Below are positions 25,054 to 36,155 of a stretch of DNA of 64,000 bases, piece by piece. Under the pieces are notes generated by a model that saw only the letters and a program-made list of their open reading frames with translations, was not told the DNA's origin and ran no database searches. Position numbers and translations under genes: made by a program. This stretch comes from Nemertoderma westbladi (lineage: Eukaryota; Animalia; Xenacoelomorpha): positions 1 through 64,000 of the forward strand of contig JAUCBJ010008670.1 of NCBI GenBank assembly GCA_032718475.1. The letters run 5' to 3'. Position 1 is the stretch's first letter. Each line of letters opens with the position of its first letter.

Positions 25054-26619
25054 AAACTGTGTTTTTGGTGAAAACCTGGTATTCTTCACATAGGGGTAAC
25101 TGCAAAGTGAAATAAAACTGCAGAAAGTCTGGTATTCTTCGCCCATGTGAAGAATACCAGGATTTCATTTTTCGGTCGATTTTTTATTGGTCGATATTTT
25201 TTATTAAATTTATCTTTATTAAATGTTTTATGCGCGTGCGCGATGTCCTTTATTTTTTGAGGGAGATGATCTATTGATCAGTCAGTCGGACGGTTAGTAA
25301 GAAGGTGGGTGTAAACAAGCCGCCGCGGTAACATATTCTCCTTTCCCTCAATTTGTAGGTAACAACGTCGTTTATTGTTTTGGTTAGAAATTACAGCCGC
25401 TATAACCTGCTCTTTTCCTTCAATTGGAAGGTAATAACAGTGTTTATTAATTCCCACATTCCCATCCACCTTCCCATATTCTTTCATCGTCTGGGTATAA
25501 ACTCCACTTTATCAGCTGGCGATATGGGGCATGTTAAGTGTTTCGTCATATACACAAGTACACATTAGGCCTAGAGAGATACCCCTTCCTGCAATCCCTT
25601 TAGCTGTTTAGCGTAACAAACAAACAATAAATATTTTAAATGTAATATATTAATAAGTATCATTACCGTACTTAATTAATAATATTAATTATAATTAATA
25701 TAATTAACTTTAACTATTAATAATGATAACTATTAACAAGAAAGATTTACCAAAAAAATATTGCAGCAAATGCTGTATTGTTTTAATGTTTTAAAGTTTA
25801 CTGTTTCAACACCAACTAAATCTACGAAAGTTGTTTACATCTGAAACTATCCATGTTTGCTGGGACAATCACACAACTTTCATACCCGCCATCCTTCATC
25901 CTACTGTATATCGCATTTTTAATATATAATAACACGCCTTTGTGCATTATATGCATACCGGTATGCCTGTACTGCTACTTCATATGATGATACTGATACG
26001 TAACAGGCAACCTGAAACGTGATCTCCTATTCAGCTATTGGCTATGTACCTATCAGACAGTTAGGTAAATATTATATTTCTTTCTCCTGATTGGTTGTAG
26101 GATCAGATGCTGTCAGATCAGATCAGATCAGATCAGATAAGGACAGACGTTTTATTCTACCTCCATAAAGCCACAGGCCATAAAATAATTATGGCGAAAC
26201 ACCTAATGTTGTTTATGCAAACTTAACTTAATCATACGGTGAAATTTATTCGTGATTATGTTAAGGTGATTTACCATATAGAATACGGCCAATTTATGTG
26301 GCATTAACTAAGGTAAGGTAGTTCACTGAATCATTTTTTACAGTGTAGGGTTGGTCATCATTTTAAACATTTATATAAATGTAATTTATTCAGTTATTAT
26401 AATATACTAGGCTTATAGGCCTACCTTATTAATTAAATTGATTTAATATTATCTATTCCGATTCAATGTACTGTAATATTACAAATGCTGCAATTCCTCA
26501 AACCTACAAAAAAAACTGTGACTTTAATAATTCAAGCACGTTTCATGCGCTGTTATATAAGATTGCACTATATTGTTTATAATTATTGTTCTTTACACTG
26601 TTACATACTTTACCATTGC

Positions 26620-28760
26620 AATTGTTTATAATTGCATGACCCGGCTGTATAGTGCTATGAATTCTTTATAATTACATGACCCGGCTGTGTATACAAACTG
26701 TTAGTGCTATGAATTCTTTATATTTGCATGACCCGGCTGCGTATACACACTGTTAGAGCTATGAATTCTTTATAATTGCATGACCCGGCTGTGTATACAC
26801 ACTGTTAGTGCTATGAATTCTTTATAATTGCATGACCCGGCTGTGTATACACACTGTTAGTGCTATGAATTCTTTATAATTGCATGACCCGGCTGTGTAT
26901 ACACACTGTTAGTGCTATGAATTCTTTATAATTGCATGACCCGGCTGCGTATACACACTGTTAGAGCTATGAATTCTTTATAATTGCATGACCCGGCTGT
27001 GTATACACACTGTTAGTGCTATGAATTCTTTATAATTGCATGACCCGGCTGTGTATACACACTGTTAGTGCTATGAATTCTTTATAATTGCATGACCCGG
27101 CTGTATAGTGCTATGAATTCTTTATAATTGCATGACCCGGCTGTGTATACACACTGTTAGTGCTATGAATTCTTTATAATTGCATGACCCGGCTGCGTAT
27201 ACACACTGTTAGAGCTATGAATTCTTTATAATTGCATGACCCGGCTGTGTATACACACTGTTAGTGCTATGAATTCTTTATAATTGCATGACCCGGCTGT
27301 GTATACACACTGTTAGTGCTATGAATTCTTTATAATTGCATGACCCGGCTGTATAGTGCTATGAATTCTTTATAATTGCATGACCCGGCTGTGTATACAC
27401 ACTGTTAGTGCTATGAATTCTTTATAATTGCATGACCCGGCTGTGTATACACACTGTTAGTGCTATGAATTCTTTATAATTGCATGACCCGGCTGTGTAT
27501 ACACACTGTTAGTGCTATGAATTCTTTATAATTGCATGACCCGGCTGTATAGTGCTATGAATTCTTTATAATTGCATGACCCGGCTGTGTATACACACTG
27601 TTAGTGCTATGAATTCTTTATAATTGCATGACCCGGCTGTATAGTGCTATGAATTCTTTATAATTGCATGACCCGGCTGTGTATACACACTGTTGCTATG
27701 AATTCTTTATAATTGCATGACCCGGCTGTGTATACACACTGTTAGTGCTATGAATTCTTTATAATTGCATGACCCGGCTGTATAGTGCTATGAATTCTTT
27801 ATAATTGCATGACCCGGCTGTATAGTGTATTGAATTATTTATAATTGCATGAGCCGGCTGTGTATATACACTGTAAGTGCTATGAATTCTTTATAATTGC
27901 ATGACCCGGCTGTATAGTGCTATGAATTCTTTATAATTGCATGACCCAGCTGTATAGTGCTATGAATTCTTTATAATTGCATGACCCGGCTGTGTATACA
28001 CACTGTTAGTGCTATGAATTCTTTATAATTGCATGACCCGGCTGTATAGTGCTATGAATTCTTTATAATTGCATGACCCGGCTGTATAGCGCTATGAATT
28101 CTTTATAATTGCATGACCCGGCTGTGTATACACACTGTTAGTGCTATGAATTCTTTATAATTGCATGACCCGGCTGTGTATACACACTGTTAGTGCTATG
28201 AATTCTTTATAATTGCATGACCCGGCTTTATAGTGCTATGAATTCTTTATAATTGCATGACCCGGCTGTATAGCGCTATGAATTCTTTATAATTGCATGA
28301 CCCGGCTGTATAGTGCTATGAATTCTTTATAATTGCATGACCCGGCTGTATAGTGCTATGAATTCTTTATAATTGCATGACCCGGCTGTATAGCGCTATG
28401 AATTCTTTATAATTGCATGACCCGGCTGTATAGTGCTATGAATTCTTTATAATTGCATGACCAGGCTGTATAGTGCTATGAATTCTTTATAATTGCATGA
28501 CCCGGCTGTATAGTGCTATGAATTCTTTATAATTGCATGACCCGGCTGTATAGCGCTATGAATTCTTTATAATTGCATGACCCGGCTGTATAGTGCTATG
28601 AATTCTTTATAATTGCATGACCCGGCTGTATAGTGCTATTAATTCTTTATAATTGCATGACCCGGCTGTATAGCGCTATGAATTCTTTATAATTGCATGA
28701 CCCGGCTGTATAGTGCTATGAATTCTTTATAATTGCATGACCCGGCAGTATAGTGTATAG
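26620..28760. repeat. Minisatellite of 52-bp and 40-bp variants (ATGAATTCTTTATAATTGCATGACCCGGCTGT...)
   Basis: About 2.1 kb of near-identical tandem units. Confidence 0.98.
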
Positions 28761-29095
28761 TGCTACTTAAGGAACGAATCCGTCAGGCTACTTAATTAAT
28801 TGATAAATTAATTTAATTTAGAATTAGAATTAGAATTAACAATTTAAATTTTATATATAATATTTTTAATGATTTTGTTACTCTACTTGTATATTCAATT
28901 CATAGTATCATATTCAATTTGCGGTTTATATTGAGTATTAAACCATTTTCCAGTTCGCCTTACTTTTTTCATCCTAATCGTATTAAATTGAAGTTAATCT
29001 TAGCTAGAGGATTAACAGAATTAGTTAAATTCTATCTATCATCTTGTCTGCTTATATTTACTGCAATAAATAATTTATTGCGCGAAAATTATAAC

Positions 29096-29390
29096 AGTTT
29101 TAATAGCCCCATAAGACAATTAAAAGTTAAATAATTAATTAATTACACAGCCTATATATTTCTCCCCGTTGGGGTATCGTCAGGGCCTGACTAACGTAAG
29201 CAAAATGAACAATACAGCAATATAATACAATGGCCTAAAAACTGGTACCAGTATGACAGTAAGAGACATCAGACTACCGACCAGGTAAAAGGTAAACAAC
29301 AGTATATTCCACTAATAATTATAATATTTATTGAATTCTTAATATGCCAACGTTACCGAAAATTAGGAAAATATCATAGATCAAACGTGC
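29096..29390 (+). repeat. Inverted-repeat arm matching 39795-40083
   Basis: AGTTTTAATAGCCCC...CATAGATCAAACGTG is the diverged reverse complement of 39795-40083. Confidence 0.85.
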
Positions 29391-32300
29391 ATATGCATAA
29401 TAGCAATACAGTGATCCGGTGAGTGTATACATGATGTCCTTAATATGTCCTTAATGTCCTTAAGATGTCCTTAATACTAATATTAGAACCAGTATGCTAA
29501 CTTTTACCGTTAATTCATTATTCACATATTTGCCTAACCAGGTCGATATAAACGGTATAATTTTTATCTGTCCGACAGTCTGGCTTCTGCCAATTGGATA
29601 TATTATGTCCCAAACCTCAATATTTAAGAGATTATTGTTTTTACTAATAATATATTGCAACTACTTTATTATATCCCTTATATTACACGGGATCATATTT
29701 TTCGTGAGTTTACTTTATTTACCGGTAATTATCGTAATCGATTATATATACCAGCAAACTCATTCCATACACTGGTGGCGTGTAAGGTCAAACTTCGCCA
29801 AACATAAATTAATTAAGAAAACTAAATGGCGCCTTATCTCCCGCATCGTGAGTATTGTACTGTTAGTGTGTCTTGTGTTACTTCCTATCTCATTGAATTT
29901 ATACTCAGGTGTATTGAGTACCACCCTGATAACTCTCTTTACTATTAATCCTACATTAGTTATACTGACTACTATATCATCACTTTCACTCTACAAACTT
30001 CCAGGCTTTACCCGTAAACCTCGTTTTCCACAATACCCCATTTTACAAACACTATTCATCTATTTAATTACTAATGGAAATTTAATTTATGTAAAACAAA
30101 GTACAAAATGGCATATATCAACAAAAAGCAAACAACATAGAAATAAGATGACTCTAATATTTTATGCAACTATTCAAGCCTTTAACATTTATCGTTCCTC
30201 CGTCCTTGACTTACTCAACATAGTCGCTCTCACTGTGCATATGTTACTCATAATCTCAGGTACCGTGCACCCCAACCCAGGACCGAAACGAAACTACCAA
30301 AAAAATAAACATAAGACTAAAATAAATATTAATAATTTACCAAATTTCTATTTTCCAGATAGCAAATCTAAATTACCTAACTCTATTACAGATATAAAAA
30401 ACTATATAAAAGACCATCCGGATCACCTAAAATGTATCCATATAAACGCTCGCAGTCTCTTTAAGAATATAGATGAGTTTAAAGAGGTCCTGCTGGGGTC
30501 GAGGAATGTTATTGCATCAGTTAGTGAAACCTGGCTTAAGAGAAACATACCAGACTCAGCTTTACATATTGCTGGATTTAAAACATACAGACTTGACAGA
30601 AAAAAGCGTCGTGGTGGAGGTGTAATGATATATGTCCCCGATACAATGAACAGTAAACTACGTACTGATATAAAAGAAAAGAACAGCAGCATCGAGTCTA
30701 TCTGGGTAGAAGTAGATAACTTACTAATCTCTACAGTATATAGGCCTCCACGTGCAAAAATCAAATACCTAGATGAAATAAGTAGCGAAATAGAAAACGC
30801 ACTATTGCTCGAACCAAATCATAATATTATCTTACAAGGTGATTTCAACATTAACTTATTAGACACAAAAAATAAAACTACACGCGATATCCACGAAATA
30901 CTAAATACATACGACATAAAATCATTAAACAACACTATACCTACTCGTTACACAAAATCATCTGAAACATTAATAGATTTAGTACTGTCAAATATCCCCA
31001 GCGCACACATCATTGAAAGTCTGGTCTTCTTCTGTGATTTCTCAGACCATGAGTACACGCTTACCTCTTTGAACCTGAAAATTAATTCCAAATTAAAAAT
31101 TAACGAAAAAATATCATATAGGGACTTTTCAATTTTTTCCGAATCTAAATTTCTATTTGATATTTCACAAATAAATTGGGATCCCTTATATAATGAAAAT
31201 GATACGAATACAAAAATTAATTTCTTTGAAAATCAGTTAGAAACAATTTTAAACAAACACGCACCAATTAAGTATAAAACTGTAAGTAATAAACAAACAT
31301 ACCGTGGTAACGACGTGCAATGGCTCACACCGGAACTATCACAACTGCGTACTGTAAAGGAAAACAAACTTTCAATCTGGCGACGCTCCAAAACCCTTGA
31401 AGATTTTAATAATTTTAAACATGCCCGTAATAGCTTTAATAATCTTAATAAAAAATTGAAAAACAAATATATTAAGGATAAATTCCTAAATCAGAGAACA
31501 GCTAAAGGAAAGTGGGCGATAATTAACAGCATACTAAATAAAAATATTCGATCTACTACACCGGAAATAAAATACAACGGTCGTCTATTAACTCGTCCAT
31601 TAGACATAGCTAAAACATTTAATGATATTTTCATAGATATAGGAAAATTTACCGGTCTAGATAACACATTAAACTGGACTCAATATAGGGCACCGAATGT
31701 AATAGATCATATAGCAGAACCGAAATTTTCCTTCCACTGCATCTCCACTCTTGACATTTTTGAAGCTCTAACCAAACTATCTAACAATAAACCTTCCGGC
31801 CCCAGTTCGATCCCTACTAGAATCTTTAAATTATCTGCAGGATTTATCAGCTCTCCACTTTCAAATATTATTAATGACTCAATAACTAAATCAATTTTCC
31901 CAAATCAACTAAAAATATCTAACGTTACCCCTGTATACAAGAAAGGCGACGAATATGACCCAACTAATTACCGTCCAATCTCAGTCACGCACCCAATAGC
32001 TAAAATATTCGAAAAAATACTAGTCACTCAAATCGAACACTACCTCTCACGTAATAACATTTTAACACCATTTCAATTTGGCTTCCGTAAAAGGTTTTCC
32101 ACTTCTGATGCAATAACATACGCTACAGAAGCATGGCGGTATGACCTGGATCGTGGTTACCATGTTGCTGTAGCCTTCCTTGACCTTAGCAAGGCTTTCA
32201 ACTCTCTGGACCATGATACACTAATAACACACCTAACTGATCTAGGATTCGAAACAAATGCTTGCAACATGATTAAAAATTACTTACACGACAGACAACA

Positions 32301-33772
32301 ACGAGTTAAAATAGGTCATACATTTTCACCATTCCTTATAGAGAAACGAGGGGTCCCCCAAGGGACACTCCTTGGCCCCCTTCTCTTCTCCTTATATACT
32401 AATTCTATTCCAAATTTAACCTCAAAAGATGCAAATCTCATACAATATGCCGATGATACTGCTCTCTATGTCAGCTCCAAAAACGCATCAACTGCTACTG
32501 TAGATTTAGCTAAAAATGTACAAAACTTGACCAATGTATTCGCAAAATTAAAATTAAAATTGAACCCGGATAAAACTGAATTTTTACTATTAACACCAAA
32601 ATATACTCGAACCGCAAATAACATTGACTCAATAAAATTAAAAATAAATGACACCTCAATAATTAGCCAATCTAACTGCATTAAATATCTCGGCGTCCTA
32701 ATCAACAACAAACTAAGTTGGACCGATCATATAAACAACATAATCAAAAAAATGTCCACCAGCATTGCAAGTCTTAGGAAAATTAAAGGCCAGTTGCCGC
32801 TCAAAACGAAAATCCAATTATATAAAACCTTTGTTCTCCCTTACCATCATTATTGCTGTCAATTCCTAATATCTCACCATAATGTTCATGGATTTAAAGA
32901 CATATTATATAAATTAGAAAAAATTCAGAATTACGGTCTACGATGTACCTTTAATAAACGATGCAAAGACGTAACGGCAACTGACCTCAGAACCAAATCG
33001 AAAATACCCCTACTATCTGCTTTCCGTGAATATTACGGTCTCCTATTTTTCTATAAATATATCTACAATATATCTGCCCCTTTTAAAAATCTTGATCTCC
33101 CACTACTCCCAAGAAACACCCAGATCTTAAATAGACGCACATACAAAATCCGCTTACCTAGATGCCACAACCAATTTGGACATTACAGTCTCACTACACA
33201 GCTAATTAAACTATGGAACAAACTACCCATTCATATTAGACAAACAAACACTTTACAACATTTTAAACTTAAATTAAAGGGTATATTACTCAAAAGATTT
33301 ACTCGCGAGGAGGTCACATAGAGGAAGCTCAATTACCACACCTCTAACACTATTTACTTTTCCCGTATACAGTATACACTACTCAAGTTGCATGGCCCTT
33401 ACGTATGTGTGTAACTGTTTGTGTTTGTGTGGTATGTATGTATTCTAATATTAGTGGGGGGGGGGGGGGGGGGGGGGGTGGTGTGGTGGTGAGGAGCGGG
33501 AGGAGGCGTATAATTTTAGCTACGTGGTGTATGGATTGGGATTGCTTGTTAACATTTTTTATATTTTAATTATTTACCGGTTATGTATGTATATATCGTC
33601 GCGTACTTAAGCGATGATATAGTGTTTAATTTTGTTGGTTACCGGTGAAATACTGTAGACACATTTACATATAATTTCCTTAATTATAAGTCCCTACCTT
33701 GTGTAGAGACTTCCCCATTCGTGCAATCACTATGGGTACCAAAGGAATAATAATAAATAATAATAATAAAAA
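29391..33772 (+). mobile_element. CR1/L2-group LINE, intact ORF, 3' UTR and (AAT)n tail
   Basis: Uninterrupted APE-RT ORF; 3' stem-loop CCCATTCGTG..CACTATGGG, then AATAATAATAAATAATAATAAT. 5' boundary approximate; no clear TSD. Confidence 0.9.
29494..33321 (+). CDS. 1275-aa polyprotein: hydrophobic N-terminal region - 2A-like motif - APE endonuclease - reverse transcriptase
   Basis: HINARSL, VSETWL, VYRPP, GDFN, LIDL, SDH (APE). NYRPIS, QFGFR, LDLSKAF, GVPQGTLLGPLLF, QYADD, YLGV (RT). SGTVHPNPGP at aa 255-264. Confidence 0.96.
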   Translation: MLTFTVNSLFTYLPNQVDINGIIFICPTVWLLPIGYIMSQTSIFKRLLFLLIIYCNYFIISLILHGIIFFVSLLYLPVIIVIDYIYQQTHSIHWWRVRSNFAKHKLIKKTKWRLISRIVSIVLLVCLVLLPISLNLYSGVLSTTLITLFTINPTLVILTTISSLSLYKLPGFTRKPRFPQYPILQTLFIYLITNGNLIYVKQSTKWHISTKSKQHRNKMTLIFYATIQAFNIYRSSVLDLLNIVALTVHMLLIISGTVHPNPGPKRNYQKNKHKTKININNLPNFYFPDSKSKLPNSITDIKNYIKDHPDHLKCIHINARSLFKNIDEFKEVLLGSRNVIASVSETWLKRNIPDSALHIAGFKTYRLDRKKRRGGGVMIYVPDTMNSKLRTDIKEKNSSIESIWVEVDNLLISTVYRPPRAKIKYLDEISSEIENALLLEPNHNIILQGDFNINLLDTKNKTTRDIHEILNTYDIKSLNNTIPTRYTKSSETLIDLVLSNIPSAHIIESLVFFCDFSDHEYTLTSLNLKINSKLKINEKISYRDFSIFSESKFLFDISQINWDPLYNENDTNTKINFFENQLETILNKHAPIKYKTVSNKQTYRGNDVQWLTPELSQLRTVKENKLSIWRRSKTLEDFNNFKHARNSFNNLNKKLKNKYIKDKFLNQRTAKGKWAIINSILNKNIRSTTPEIKYNGRLLTRPLDIAKTFNDIFIDIGKFTGLDNTLNWTQYRAPNVIDHIAEPKFSFHCISTLDIFEALTKLSNNKPSGPSSIPTRIFKLSAGFISSPLSNIINDSITKSIFPNQLKISNVTPVYKKGDEYDPTNYRPISVTHPIAKIFEKILVTQIEHYLSRNNILTPFQFGFRKRFSTSDAITYATEAWRYDLDRGYHVAVAFLDLSKAFNSLDHDTLITHLTDLGFETNACNMIKNYLHDRQQRVKIGHTFSPFLIEKRGVPQGTLLGPLLFSLYTNSIPNLTSKDANLIQYADDTALYVSSKNASTATVDLAKNVQNLTNVFAKLKLKLNPDKTEFLLLTPKYTRTANNIDSIKLKINDTSIISQSNCIKYLGVLINNKLSWTDHINNIIKKMSTSIASLRKIKGQLPLKTKIQLYKTFVLPYHHYCCQFLISHHNVHGFKDILYKLEKIQNYGLRCTFNKRCKDVTATDLRTKSKIPLLSAFREYYGLLFFYKYIYNISAPFKNLDLPLLPRNTQILNRRTYKIRLPRCHNQFGHYSLTTQLIKLWNKLPIHIRQTNTLQHFKLKLKGILLKRFTREEVT

Positions 33773-34191
33773 TACATAAAGAAAGGTCTGACCCGAGATA
33801 TTAACGCGTACCATGACGCCTATAGGTCTGAATACCGAATGGGCGAATTTTTCGGGTTGGTTTTCACGGTTTATTGAAGCGGGTACGAGAATGCAGGCTC
33901 CAGGTATGAGCTGGAACAGCCTGGTGCGTTTCGTGCGCACCTGGGTCAACTGAATTGAAAGTGGCAAAGCAGTAACATAGTGAGGAGGAAAATGGATAAA
34001 CTGCTAAACAAGACAGACCAGGATAAGGTAAGTGCCCCGCACTACTTACTGTACTACGTACACCAGCTGGTGCACTGACCACATGTAGGAAGGCATGAGC
34101 TATCAGGCAAATTGGAGGAAGCTGACAACGTGGTCAACTTATCCACAAAAGCCGTTTCACAGTACCACAGGAGGTACCTTATCCATATTAT

Positions 34192-35660
34192 ACCTGAAGT
34201 GGGTCCTTCTCGCAGCACGTGATTTAAACTTATGTAAGTGTAATCTTGAAAGAAAAATAAGCAAAATCTAAGCAGATGCCCTTGATCACTTTACACCAGC
34301 CTAGAGGCAGGCTTGAGAACTGCAGTCGATTTAACCCTTGTGCTCTCTTTGAGGTCATTTTTGACCCATCGAAAATTTAAACTTACACAATTTTATCACA
34401 CATTGATATTTTATCTCGAAATTTTGTGACATTTATTATTTTATATATAGTGCTTCTCAATTAGAAAAACAAAAATGTAAAAATCTGCAAGGGGGTCTAT
34501 TCAATTTTACAATTTATAGGGGCCTACACATATTGACATTGAGGTCAAATTTCACCTCATCGTGTTTTGTACCTGTACCATTCAATATCAACGAAAAAAC
34601 TTTTTTTGAATTTCAACTCAGTTCGCAAATCAGATGTTTTAAATGGTCCCAAACTTAGATATGTAGATACCAAAATTTTGATTTGGGGATGACAGGAAAT
34701 ATTCCCACAGGCACATGGCCAGTTCCCGCCCTTGGCACAAGTGAGTCATATTCCCCATTTTTGTGATGATCAACTTCTAGTATTCCTACTGCATTAATAT
34801 TATGCTCATTTAGAACCGCAATGGCCGATTTAGTTGTTGTAGACACCTTCAAAACAAGCATAGAGCGAATAGGTTTTAAGATATTTGTCCGGTATTTGTC
34901 AATATCGCATCAAGGCGCTAATTTTGATTTGTGCCAGACTTCACATTATCTGCAATATCTCAAAATCTATTCGCTCTATGCTTGTTTTGAAGGTGTCTAC
35001 ACCATCTAAATCTGTCATTGCGGTTCTATTGAGCATAAATATCAATACAGTAGGAATAATAGAAGTTGATAATCACAAAAATGGGGAATATGACTCACTT
35101 GCGCCAAGGGCGGGAACTGGCCATGTGCCTGTGGGAATATTTCCTGTCATCCCCAAATCAAAATTTTTGTATCTATCGAAGTTTGGGCTCATTTTATGAC
35201 ATCTGATGTGCAAACTGAGTTTAAATTCGACAACACGTTTTTTTGGACCACCCCAACCCTCTCATTTACCTGAGAGCAAAATTGACCTCATAGGAATCAT
35301 CTGTTTGAGAAACGAAGGGTTAAGACCTCAGTAAAAGTTTAAATGACACAGCTAATGGTCGAGTACAATTCTGCCAAGTTTCAGGTTAAACGGATTAAAA
35401 GCAAAGAAATGGGAGGACATTTAATGTTTAGATATGTAGCCATCTAGCGGGAAACTGTTGAACTGTTGGGGTGAAAAGTCGCTAAATAATGTCAAGTTTT
35501 GGACATATTTATGCCTACAAATTTTCAATTCGACAGCTTTAAATCTGACAAAGTTATTTAATGTCAAAATATTACGTCAACAACTATTTGCCTCTATTGA
35601 CATTCTCCTTAACAGTGTCAATTCGCCAAGGCTGCGCCAACTTCGTGGCTCGCCACCACA
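34192..35660 (+). mobile_element. Helentron/HINE-like non-autonomous element, same family as 42104-43670
   Basis: Shared start GAAGTGGG..CCTTC..GCAGCACGTGA and end AACAGTGTCAATTCGC.AAGGCT.CGCCAACTTCGTGGCTCGCC; contains a 146-bp-family monomer. Confidence 0.7.
34335..35319. mobile_element. piggyBac-like MITE with ~600-bp internal palindrome
   Basis: TTAA|CCCTT...AAGGG|TTAA (34331-34334 / 35320-35323). 34610-34885 is the reverse complement of 34955-35230. Confidence 0.85.
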
Positions 35661-35772
35661 CCCCTATCAGTGAACAATATTGATTTTACTTTATGTACTA
35701 AATTAACTCTCACTTTTTTGTATGCTCCCCAAATCCCAGTTATGGGTTTGCCCCCCCCCCCCCAGATTTGGC

Positions 35773-35817
<45 letters not shown>

Positions 35818-36155
35818 AGATATTATGATCACCATACAGGCCTGCGAGGAGGCCATGCACGGTGGAGCCGAACAACCCCCCATGGACAACACCGTGACAT
35901 CCTTTAGTGTTACACCTGAGGAGTCGAACAGGTTGGGCATGGGAGGGGATCGCTAGATCACCAGACTCAGAGCCTGAGCTGCTGGATAGAGAGCAGCACG
36001 CGCCAACTGGGAACACTTGCCACCCTGGGATCGAGGCAAACCATCCACCTTAGAGATGCCCTGAACCTGAGTTATTTTAGAAGAAGACTATTTTCACAGA
36101 GCGTAGGATTTTCAGTCCTTGACATTGCCCCAATAGGAGTTGCTGAGGGTTTACC

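Larger units (their letters stand above)
23170..26163. mobile_element. MULE-like non-autonomous element
   Basis: TIRs TAAAACGTCTGTCCTTATCTG(ATCTG)n at both ends; 9-bp TSD CATAAAGCC (23161-23169 / 26164-26172). Confidence 0.8.
20093..26345. mobile_element. CACTA/EnSpm-like (CACTG-ended) non-autonomous element hosting nested insertions
   Basis: TA|CACTGTAAAAAAT...ATTTTTTACAGTG|TA termini; many subterminal TTCACCATA / TATGGYGAAA repeats at both ends. Confidence 0.75.

Noticed and set aside
23747-25093. Many overlapping ORFs up to 289 aa
   Set aside because: Translations of a stop-poor 31-bp repeat in all frames.
33790-34190. Possible minus-strand LTR with AATAAA and CA|TGG junction
   Set aside because: No partner LTR, TSD or recognisable PBS.
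35618-36016. Poly-Pro/poly-Gly ORFs
   Set aside because: Products of the C homopolymer.
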